Source: a bacterium (GTDB lineage Bacteria; JAJRZV01). Taken from it: DNA of 57,143 nt. The position numbers and the translations under genes were made by a program. Numbering within the stretch: position 1 is the stretch's first letter; every line of letters begins with the position of its first letter. This document shows, in pieces, positions 29,033 through 39,700 of the stretch. A model generated the notes under the pieces. That model ran no database searches. It was not told where the DNA came from and worked only from the letters and a program-made list of their open reading frames with translations. The stretch lies in contig JAJRZV010000130.1 in the NCBI GenBank assembly GCA_024275095.1, positions 1 to 57,143 on the forward strand, read 5' to 3'.

Positions 29033-32000
29033 ATGGTGAGGAGGGGCCTGTTCATAATTGTTCTGCTGGTAAGTGCGCACGCATATGCCAACCTTGCACC
29101 TGTGGTGGATAATATCACTGTGAATCCGGGATTAAGAGTAAGACCGGGTACGGAAGTCACCATCACGATTAATGCCCACGACCCTGATTGCCCGGATGTG
29201 TGTGTGCCAACGCCGGGAATTAACACCTGTGGCCTTTATATCAGAAACGATACCACCACCTGGAGCGCCACAGGGGGAACGTTCTCTTACATTGATGCAG
29301 GGGATGCTGCATCTCCCTATGTTACCAGGGCAACCTGGATAGCACCGGATACAACAGGGGCCTACACTATCGAGGTGTATCTGGCCGACAGCGGGAGCTG
29401 GCTCTGCGGTGGGCGACAGAGCACAACTGCAAGCATTTCTATCTCCGTAGCAACAGGTCAGCCACCCTAGGTAAAGTCCGTTATTGTACAACCGGGCCTG
29501 GTACCTCCGGGTGGCACCTCGAAGATTATAGTAAGGGCGGTAGACCCTGATTATTCTGGACCGATGACCTACACCTTCACCGCTTCAGGTGGAAGCATCA
29601 GCGTTCCTGACTCATCGCGTCCTGACGAGGCTGTATGGCGTGCGCCTCAACGAGACGGCACCTACACCATTACCGTTACCGTTACCGACCCGGAAGGAAA
29701 TGCAACGCAGGTTCAGCGTACGGTGAAGGTTAAATTGCTCCAGCCCGTGGGAAATGTACAGGCGGGTTCGAGGTTGATCAGACCGGTGGATGTGAGTGTT
29801 GACGGTGTTGGGCGTATTTACGTGGTTGACGGTCGTACGAGAGATGTGCTGATCTTTCAGGCTTCCGGGATGCTGGAAAGAAGGGTGGGCTTGCGCAGGG
29901 CACTTTCTGCAGATCCTTCACCTGACGGCTTATTATGGATTACCACTTCAGATCATTGCCTGCTGGCACTGAATACGAGTGCTGGCGATAAGGTGGTTGT
30001 GGAAAACTGTGACGTGCTTAAACTTCCAGTGGATGTAAAGTGTGCGTTCTCACGCGGTTACGTGTACGTGGCCGATGTGAAAGCCCAGGAAGTAAAAATT
30101 TTTGATTTGCAGGGCGCTTATCTTTTCCCCATCACGGGGCTTGTGGCTCCGGTGGGCGTTGATTTTCTGGAAGGTTCAGGTGAAGTCGCGGTTGTGGACG
30201 AAGCGGGTAAAAAAGTCGCCTTCTACACTCCAGAGGGAGCTTTTATCGACAGCTGGGGTGTTGCGGGCAATAACGAGGGGGAGTTTGTCAGACCTCACGG
30301 CGTTGCACACGATGCGGCCGGTAGAATTTACGTGACAGACGCTTACCTTGACACTCTCCAGGTTTTCACTAGGAGCGGCGGGTTCGTGGGCTCTGCAGGT
30401 GGACACTGTACCTCGAAAGGTTGTTTGGTTCTTCCTCGAGATGTAACTCTGGATGTTTTCGGCCGGGTACTCGTTGCTTCTGCCGGAACCGGCCGTGTGG
30501 AAATCTATTCCCCGTGCATCAACGATTCAGATTGCGATGGAATGGATGATGCTTATGAACGCGATCAGGGATTTAATCCCTTTGATCCCCGGGATGCAGC
30601 TGCGGATGCCGACGGGGACGGACTTTCCAACCTCCGGGAATATTTGCTTGGAACGTCTCCGCTGAACCCTGATACGGATGGAGACGGACTTGCGGACGGC
30701 AGGGAGGTGGCTATTGGTACCAATCCACTTTCACCGTATGATTATTTACCCGTTGCCGTGGCTACCACCCCCTATTCCATTGTAGAGCCGACAGTAATTA
30801 CTCTTTATGGTACCGGCTCGTACGATCCCGCAGGAGAGAGCATCATCAGCTATGTATGGAGACAGATAAAAGGACCGGAAAATGTGATGGAGGAGGCCAC
30901 CGGGGATGCTGTCCAGGTGCTTCTGAGACGCGCAGGTAAATATACTTTCGGTCTCAGAGTGTTTGACGGGCGGCTGTGGAGTGACGAGGCTTTGGTAGAT
31001 GTGTATGTGGAAAACGTATTGCCCTCGGTAGAAGTTCCATCAACAGTGTTTGCGCGTGCTGGAGAGGAGGTGCACGTACCCGTATCTGCCGAGGATGCAA
31101 ACGGAGACTTCGTGCGGTGCTGGTGGGAGCGGAAGTCTGCTGCAGCTCCTGAACCCGTGCAATCAGGGGATTGTAGTGCGTATATCAGGACAGATAAGCC
31201 TGGTGTTTATGAATACACGATCAAGGCCTCCGATGGTACGGGAGTTACCGAAAAGGAAACAAGATTGTACGTATGGTCCGATGAAGAGAAGCCTCCCGTT
31301 GTGAAGGCATCAGGTCGTTATCTGGAGGAAATTAATACGATTGAATTGAGCAGTAATGTTTTCTTTAAGAGAGATTCTTCAAAAGTAGTGCGATGGCTGC
31401 AAAAGGGAGGTCCTGATGTTGTGTTGCCTCCGGGAGGGATTGTTGGAGACACCGTTCGAATAAGAGTTCAAAAGCCCGGACAGTACACCTTTGCAGCTCT
31501 TCTCGATGGTTATCCAGAGGCATTGTCCCACAAGGTGAGCGTGAACGTTTGTCCGGATGGGGATGTTCTTGAAGTAAGCGGTGGTTCTGACAGGGTGGTG
31601 AAGGTGGGAGACCTTGTGGAGATGTTCCCTCAGACAAACACCATCCGTGGAGCTACTGTTGTGTATCAGTGGAGGCAGGTTGCAGGACCCCACGCGTTTT
31701 TGATGAAAACCGGCGAAGGCGTGGATTTTTATCCTGTGCTCCCGGGTGTATATGAATTTGAGGTGATTGCGACAGAGGCTGCTTCCGGATGTTCAGCCCG
31801 GTCACGGGTGAAAGTGTTTGTAGAGGGCTCGATGCCGCTTCCGCGGGTTTCGGTAGATGATGGGCGATGTGTGGACTGTGACACGGTCGCGGTGCTGGCC
31901 ACTCCCGTACCCTCAAGTGCAGATGTGACCTGGGAACCCGAAGAGCCCGAACCTGCACTCCCGTTCAATTCAACGGAAGAACTTTTGAAGGTTTGGGCTC

Positions 32001-33850
32001 CGGAGCCCGGCGTGTATGTGTTTCGTGCACGCCCGTTTGATGCTCCAGTTGCAGGGGTGGAGACGGGGGCTATGGCAACATTCGAAAAAGGAGAGAATGT
32101 TGTTCCGCAGGTCGACGTGGTGCACGGCATGTTTATAAAACCCGGGGAGACGGCGAGGATTAACGTGAAAATGAAAGGTTCAGGCGAGGGAGATCTTTCC
32201 CTCCAGTGGGAATACATGGGTGGTTACATTCCGGAAAAGTGGGATGTAAATGATTCGATCCTTGAAATTGCAGGTGGATTACCCGGAGACTTTTACCGTT
32301 TCAGAGTGGTTGCGTATAAGGGTCACTACAGGAGTGTACCCGAAAGTGTGTGGATTGCGATAGCGCAGAGACCTCTCACGGTCACTGTGCCGGATGCAAA
32401 CGGCGAGGAGGTTTCGGCCACAGTTGAAGATGAGGTGTTGAAGAAGATTACGGTAACGTTTTCGCAGATAGAAGAGAAGGCTGTCGGGCTCGGGCTCAAC
32501 GAGTATACAGGAGCGGTTCCGGAAGGCTATCGTGTTGCCGGAGGAGAAATATTTATTGCCCCCGGTGGGGTCCCTGTCGAGGCTTCTTTGAGAATAGAGC
32601 TGAATGTACCAATTGATGATGCAAAGGTGTTTTACCTTGTTTCGTCACAGGCATACCCCGTGAGAGATGTCACAGTAGAGGACAACGCTGTTGTAGCGAA
32701 AATCAGAGCTACAGGACGATATGTAATACTGGTAAAGGAGAGGAAGGTTGTGTTGCCTGTTGCATCCCGGACCAGGAGTTTCTGTTTGATCGCGGGCGTT
32801 TCGAAAGGATTTTATGGAACTTCGTTTGTGCAGGCGTTGAGGCATTTCCGGGATCAATTCCTCCGCAAGAGCCATGTTGGCAGAAAAATAGTAAGTGTGT
32901 ACTATGCTGTCAGTACAAAATATTATAAACATGTGATGAAACACTCAGCTGTAAAAACAGGACTGCGGGCCCTTCTTTTACCTGCATACCTGGGGAGTGT
33001 TCTGGCCAGACACGGTGGCCTGGCAGGTATGCTGGCAATGATAGTACTCGGCTTTATTTTAATGTTTCGGGTCGTTCAGATAAGTGGCGGCAGGTGGACA
33101 CTTTTGCTTTGTATAATAAGCGCTGCTGTAATGATGGGTTATCAGTTCGCGCATGCACTGGATTCCCCCCACGACCTGTTGAACTGCAACGATTGCCATA
33201 CGGTTCACAGCGCCCCGGGGCTTGCACTGACCTCTTCGTGGGGCAACTGGTATCTGTGCACTTCCTGCCATTCGTCCGGCAACATGGCGTCCAACTACGC
33301 TTTCAGCATCGGAGACCAGGCCGTTCCCGGCCAGCAGGGATATTCTCACAGGTGGGACGCGTATGCGAATAATACCACCTATCAGACCGTTACCCCAACC
33401 AACAGCGAGCTCTCTGTCCGGCTGGACGGCGGTAAAATAATGTGCTCCACGTGCCATGACCAGCACAGCCAGGCCGACACACCGTTTGACCCTTCTGCTC
33501 CTGCATCGGGAGCAGGTCGGCATTTTCAGCGCATTTCCAACGATGCCAATCAGATGTGTTTGGACTGCCATTCTGCGAGAAACGTAACCGATGTAAGAAC
33601 CTACACCGGAGAAAAGCTCAGCCATCCTGTGGGAGTCGCCTATGACCCTGCGACCTATGAAAACCTCAATGCAGCAATAAAGGATATTAACGGTGCTGCG
33701 CAGAGCGGCACGCGGTATGAAGTGGATGCGCCCGGTGATACGAATCCCACCAATAATTTAATTCTGGATGGTACAGGTGCTGTGAACTGCATGACGTGTC
33801 ACTGGGTACATTACACAGATGGCAATCCCTACACCATAGATAAAAGGTGA
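29033..33850 (+). CDS. Giant exported protein (Ig/PKD, NHL, Ca-binding repeats, PKD array, CFI-box-CTERM-like segment, TM, second signal peptide, pentaheme cytochrome) with one in-frame TAG at 29468-29470
   Basis: ORFs 29033-29470 and 29564-33850 share a frame joined by open codons (QPP*VKSVIVQPGLVPPGG..VDPD); C-terminal CNDCH, CTSCH, CSTCH, CLDCH, CMTCH. Confidence 0.85.
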
Positions 33851-35919
33851 GGACCATGAGGAAAGAGACAGGAGCAGTAAAAATTCTTTTATTTGCACTC
33901 GCTGTAACAGCCTTTTTCTTCGCTGTTCAAACCTGGGCGACGACACTGACCCTCCGCTCGAGCGGCAAGGACGCCTCTGATCCCGGGGACTGGACATGGA
34001 CGGGTTCGGAACTCGGTGACAACTCGGATGCCACCTACGCCAGTGCTGCGGGTAGCGGTCTCTGGTTGAGGTCGGATATTCAGCGTCCGTTTATACCGTC
34101 GGATGCTGTGATCAACTCGGTGGTCGTGTACGTGAGGGCCCGACAAACCGGGAATGAATACATAGAATTTGGCGTTTACTGTGCAGCATCGGGAACCGAT
34201 TCAACGGGCTCCAACGTTCCGAGACCCGGAAGTTCCTTTACCGACTATTCCAACTCTTTTGTCACCAATCCCTGCACGAATTCGTCCTGGACGATCACGG
34301 ATATAGAGAACCTTGTTGTCTCCATTGGAACGATCCGGAGCGGTCGCTGGTGGAGCGGAGAAATGCAGGTATCTGAGGTATGGGTGGTGGTTGATTACAG
34401 CCGGAGTTCTCTCCAGGTATTACAGAACAGGGCTGCGGTGGACTCGGATGTCCAGATCACTGTTTCTGCATTTTTCTCAGACGATGCCAATGGTAACAGT
34501 TCCACGGATTTTGAGCTCTGTTACGATTCCGGCTGCGTTTCTTCTGTTCCTGTGTGCTCTGGTGTTACAGGTTCTTCTCCGCGAAGTTGCGTATTTTCCG
34601 GACTTGCCCAGAATACGAGTTACTGGTTTCGCGTGACTCACTCGGATCCTGACGGGGTGAACGGCTCCAATCCCCAGATTATCGGGCCTTACAGGACATC
34701 CAATAACCGTGTTATTCCCGACCCTGCTGAGGCCGCTGTTGAAAGCAGTACAACGATTACCGTATCCGCTCCTTTCACCGGTGATGCAAACGGCGACTCT
34801 TCCACCACGGTTGAGCGGTGTACTGACAGTTCCTGTTCCTCTCCGGTGACCATTTGTTCCGATCTTGCCGGGTCTTCACCCCGCACGTGCGTGGACAATT
34901 CACTCAGTTCCCAAACTTCTTACTGGTTTCGTATTACATTTTCCGACCCCGACGGTGTGAACACGAGCAATGCTTCCAACCCGCAGATTATCGGGCCCTA
35001 TACAACTCCTGCTCCTGATACAACCCCTCCCGTGTTCGGTGGAATAGCGCTTGCGGAGGACATGGGCAGGGGAAGGCGCGTCAGGCTGGAATTTGATGCA
35101 GCCACGGACGAGTCTCCACCGATTAAATACAATGTCTATTACAACCTCGCTTCCAGCTGGAATGATGCTGACTGGTCACAAAATAATGTGTTGAGAGACG
35201 TGAACACGCGGCCCGGGAAAACGTACCAGTTGAAGACGTATCTGGATGGCCTGGAAGAAGGTGAAGAATATGTCGTGGGCGTAAGAGCAGAGGATGCAAG
35301 GGGCAATGAAGATACGAACAGTGTTACTCTTACGGTAATTCCCTATCCACGAATGATGAAATCAGAAGGGTATTATCTCGTTGCAGATGGACTTGCACCG
35401 GCGTCGGGCTTTAACAGGCCGTCTCAGGTGTTTGGAGACGATGTTGGTGGTACTCTGCTGGTTTATACCTGGGTTTCTTCAGGACTTGGTTTCAATGCAC
35501 CTTTTCAGGGACGCTATGAGGTTCCTTCTGTGATCACCCCTGGCAAGGCTTACTGGGTGTACAACTGGCAGCCCGGCAACCTTCTGGACGATGATTACGG
35601 ATCCCGAAACACCAGTTCACAAACCATTGTGGACCTTTTGCCCGGGTGGAACATGATCGCAAATCCATACCACAAGAACGTGCGTTTGAGAGACGTGGTG
35701 GTCACCAAGGTGAACAATCCAGGGGCCGGAGATTATACATTTGAAGAAGCCGTGCTTAACGGCTGGCTTGTAAATGCAGTGTACTGGTGGAATGGTTCGG
35801 GATACAACTGGGCAGCCTACAACGACAATCCACCTGCTAAACTGGTTCCCTGGCGGGGTTACTGGATTTATCAGAGCGATGACAGTGTGCAACTCCAGCT
35901 GAAGTTTACCAGACCGTAA
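33847..35919 (+). CDS. Secreted protein with two Cys-containing FN3-like repeats, an FN3 domain and a C-terminal PGWN/PWRGYW module
   Basis: Signal peptide; repeat ITVSA.F..DANG.SST..E.C.DS.C.S...C....GSSPR.C...YWFR.T.SDPDGVN occurs twice. Confidence 0.8.
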   Translation: MRTMRKETGAVKILLFALAVTAFFFAVQTWATTLTLRSSGKDASDPGDWTWTGSELGDNSDATYASAAGSGLWLRSDIQRPFIPSDAVINSVVVYVRARQTGNEYIEFGVYCAASGTDSTGSNVPRPGSSFTDYSNSFVTNPCTNSSWTITDIENLVVSIGTIRSGRWWSGEMQVSEVWVVVDYSRSSLQVLQNRAAVDSDVQITVSAFFSDDANGNSSTDFELCYDSGCVSSVPVCSGVTGSSPRSCVFSGLAQNTSYWFRVTHSDPDGVNGSNPQIIGPYRTSNNRVIPDPAEAAVESSTTITVSAPFTGDANGDSSTTVERCTDSSCSSPVTICSDLAGSSPRTCVDNSLSSQTSYWFRITFSDPDGVNTSNASNPQIIGPYTTPAPDTTPPVFGGIALAEDMGRGRRVRLEFDAATDESPPIKYNVYYNLASSWNDADWSQNNVLRDVNTRPGKTYQLKTYLDGLEEGEEYVVGVRAEDARGNEDTNSVTLTVIPYPRMMKSEGYYLVADGLAPASGFNRPSQVFGDDVGGTLLVYTWVSSGLGFNAPFQGRYEVPSVITPGKAYWVYNWQPGNLLDDDYGSRNTSSQTIVDLLPGWNMIANPYHKNVRLRDVVVTKVNNPGAGDYTFEEAVLNGWLVNAVYWWNGSGYNWAAYNDNPPAKLVPWRGYWIYQSDDSVQLQLKFTRP

Positions 35920-35928
35920 GGGAGGCAA

Positions 35929-36720
35929 ATGATGAAACCTGTGAACACCTTAAAATTTTTGATCGCCGTGGGAGGTGTGGTGGAGGTGCTCCTCTTTTAC
36001 AGGAGTTCCGCAACCGCATTGGAAATTCAGATGCAGGTGAATGTTGGAGAATATTCTCAGCGTCTCGTGCTTGGTGCCACCCCTTATGCACATTCAGGAT
36101 ATGATGCGCTTTTTGATGTTCCGGCCATGAAGGACGGTGGAGAGCCTTTTTTTGTGTATATCGAGAACCCCGATTCGGGTTTTGAGGTGGATGCATTCTG
36201 GAGAGATTTCGTGGACTACCTTCCACACACGTGGAAAATTGTGCTGGAAGGGGCGGCGGGTCAGGACGTGGTGTTTTCCTGGAAGGTGGACAGCGGTCCA
36301 TCATTTCGCCTCAACCGTTGCTTCCGGTCACAGGTGTTTTTCGTCGATCCTGCATCGGGCCTCAAGGTTTCCATGACAGGGCAGTCCGGTTATGCGGGAG
36401 CCGTCACTGCGGACCCCGCTGTTTTTTATGTGGAGGCTACGGATAGAAAAGTTAAACGGGTTTTACCACCGGAATGGATAAAGGTGGAAGATCGCGGAGA
36501 TTACTATCTTGTAAGGTGGGGGACAGCACGCTCCCAAGACATGGAAATAGAAGGTTACCTTCTTTATGTGGAGGAAGGGGGCAGGCTCAAGCGCGTTACC
36601 CGAGAACTCTTGAAGGGAAATGCGTACATCATCAAAAAGGAGAAGGGTGCTTCAGCTCGTTTCGGTGTACAGGCGGTTGCTGGAGGGATTTGTAGAAGTA
36701 ACATTAAATTGTCTCCGTAA
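35929..36720 (+). CDS. Exported hypothetical protein with FN3-like C-terminus
   Basis: GGAGG RBS, operon position, N-terminal hydrophobic region ending ATA. Confidence 0.7.
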   Translation: MMKPVNTLKFLIAVGGVVEVLLFYRSSATALEIQMQVNVGEYSQRLVLGATPYAHSGYDALFDVPAMKDGGEPFFVYIENPDSGFEVDAFWRDFVDYLPHTWKIVLEGAAGQDVVFSWKVDSGPSFRLNRCFRSQVFFVDPASGLKVSMTGQSGYAGAVTADPAVFYVEATDRKVKRVLPPEWIKVEDRGDYYLVRWGTARSQDMEIEGYLLYVEEGGRLKRVTRELLKGNAYIIKKEKGASARFGVQAVAGGICRSNIKLSP

Positions 36721-36741
36721 GGAGAGGGTGCTGGAGAGAAG

Positions 36742-39700
36742 ATGAAAAAGATTTTTGCCAGGCTTGGTTCTATTAGATGGAAATTTGTGCTTCTTGCGGG
36801 AGGCGTGATATTAGGATTAATGGTATGGACGCTCAAGGGATATGCGCCGCCTCCCCCACCATCCACCGTAACCATGTACCCCCTCAACGTGGCTCCTGCA
36901 AGTATTGAGGAAGGGAGCACGGACGATTTCATTCGTTTTTATTTTCTCACGGACCAGGGCCAGGCATACGTAACCAGCATTACCGTGACAAAGGCAGGAA
37001 CAATTGCAGAAGGTGACGTGCAGGTGTCTCTTTACAAATCCACCAATAATGTGTGGGACGCCTCGGATACACTTCTTGCGGGACCCCAGTCCTTTGTGGG
37101 TGGTGTCACCACCTTCACCGGCTTGAGCGAGGCTGTGACAGATACCATCCAGGCCTATTATTTCATCGTGCTTTCCGTTGCCCCCGGTACAGCGGGGACT
37201 ACAGCAGGGGTAAATCTCGTTGACCCGTGCTTCAGCGTGGATGTGGGAGCACCCATATGTACCACAACCGATTACGCGCCTGTTCCTGTCCTCGCCGCAG
37301 GTCAGGTTCCGGACGTTCTTGTGGTGGAGCCTTACGATATCGCACCTTTTTACGCTGCACCAGGGGAAACGGATGTTCCCGTGCTTAAACTGGACATGTA
37401 TGCACTTTCCAATACGGTGGTGTGGACTGCCCTGACAGTGTATCTCTCCGGCACAAATGCAGCGGATACTGATGTCGCCAGCGTGAAAATCTACAAGGAA
37501 AGCGGGGTCACCCCCGGATTCCAGTCCTCGGAGGACACGTTGATTTCCTCGGGGACAGATGTTTTTTCCGGCGGCGTTACCACTGTTGATATCCTCACAT
37601 CTGAGGTGATCGGAGGCACACCTGAAACATACTACCTTGTTTATGACGTGGCCTCCGGCGCCAATACGAATGCGAACATAGGGGCCACTGTCCTGAGCGA
37701 TTCGTTTGCGGTGGCTTCTCCGGACGTGGTATCCTCCCTGAATCTGCCTTTCTCCAGCAAAGAGATTGACATTATTGTGCCCGATTCCACTATCGGCACG
37801 CTGGACTACGTGGTTTCCTCCTGCAACCAGGTGGTCCTTTCCTGGTTTTTTACAGGGGATGAGAACAATAATAGCTACACGTATTTTGAATCAAGTACGG
37901 ATGCAACGTGGGGTAATGCAGATGACGTGGTTGTTTGTGCAGAGGTTTCTAGTGTGCCTCCGAGAAATTGCACGGTGGTCGGCATAGACCTGTCGACGAC
38001 TCCACTCTACTTTCGTGCGGTCCACTATGATCCCGATGGTACGTCAGGCGGGACTTTTGTCACTGCCCAAACGGCATACGTTGATGTGGGGCCGGTGGAT
38101 TGCACAGTTGTCACCGGCAATCCACCGGTGGTGAACATTCTTAACCCCGCAGATGGTACAGTTGTGGCCGGCAACGCGGCATATCCTGTAACCGTCCAGG
38201 TATCGGTGTGGGACCTTGAAACAGCTCCTTCAAACCTCACTGTGGAGATTTCCGTTGATGGCGGTGCATGGGATTCCACAGGATGGCTTTACAATCCCAA
38301 CTGGGAAAACGTGGATATCAATCTTTACGTGTACGAGTGGCCTTGGAGACCCACGACACCGGGTCTGCATACACTCGCTGTGAGGGCACGCGATGGGGAT
38401 GGCAATGCGGGGTATGCTTACTACAACGTGCGTGTGTATGTGAACGCAGTTACCACCGTGTCCGTGGGTGATTATGAAATGTTCCCCGGGAGCGGCCTGT
38501 TGCTCGTGAGGGGTGGAGCGAGCATCATGTGCATGTCGTGTCATAATGTATCCACCCATGGCGGTTACGTGTGGTCCAGTACAAAGTACGGTAACTGGGC
38601 AATTAACTGTCGCATCTGTCACGTGCCTCACGGCACGCGGAATATTTACCTTATCACGGAGAACATAAAGACACCCTCCAGCGGTGTGAAGAGTGTGGAT
38701 TTCCGGGCCATTACCGGAGACCCCGCTGTGGATCTGGGGCTCATGGGTAACATGCAGGACGGTGTGGATTCCAACGTGTGCGAGGTCTGTCATACGAAAA
38801 CCACGCATTATAAGAACACCAACCTCGGTGATGACCACGGAGGAAAGGACGGCATCGACTGCACGGCGTGCCACCCTCACGCACAGGGATTCAAGCCGGA
38901 ACCCGAAGGGCGTGGTGGGTACAACTGTGCCATCTGCCACCCCGATCTTTTCCAGCCCATTAACACCTCAACCACCACCTATCACCACTATCTGAACAAT
39001 GCAGAACCCATTTATCCCGAAATTCTCACACCGTCAGAATTGCCCACCGACACCACGGATAGGAACTGTCTTATATGTCACGCAGACCATGATATATTCA
39101 GGCCTGATCTCAATCCCGACAACACCATCGGTCGCGCCGCCAACCTGAGGGTGGACATATCGACGGCTCCAACAACCACCTCGGGATTTACCAACACAGA
39201 TTTTGACTCGTCCACAGGAACGAGCATATGCATTTCATGCCCCAAAGACGTGATGAACAAGAACACGACCACCCGGAACAGCAGCGATGGAGTGACTCAG
39301 ACAATCGTTATAGATGGCACGGCATTCCTCTCCAGCATTCACAATTACACCATACCCATGACCATTGCCACGGATGGTTCTATATTCAATGCCAACTGCA
39401 TCAAGTGTCATAACGACACCATGTCTCCCAAGAGTTCAGTCAATGCCTATACGGGCTCTCCCTTCGAGCTTGCGCCTCATGACTCAGCTCTTCGCTGGAT
39501 TCTCAACCCCTTTGATTTGATTGCCAGTGACCCGCTGGAGGAGGATTTCTGTTACAAATGTCATTCTGGAGATGTGGCCGGGAAGGACTATTTTGGGGTT
39601 GCTTCTATGACTGCAAGGGCGAGAGGCATCCAGTCACAGTTTGCAAAAACATACATTCACCCCATCACTGCATCAGGCAGGCACAAGACCATCGAGGGCT

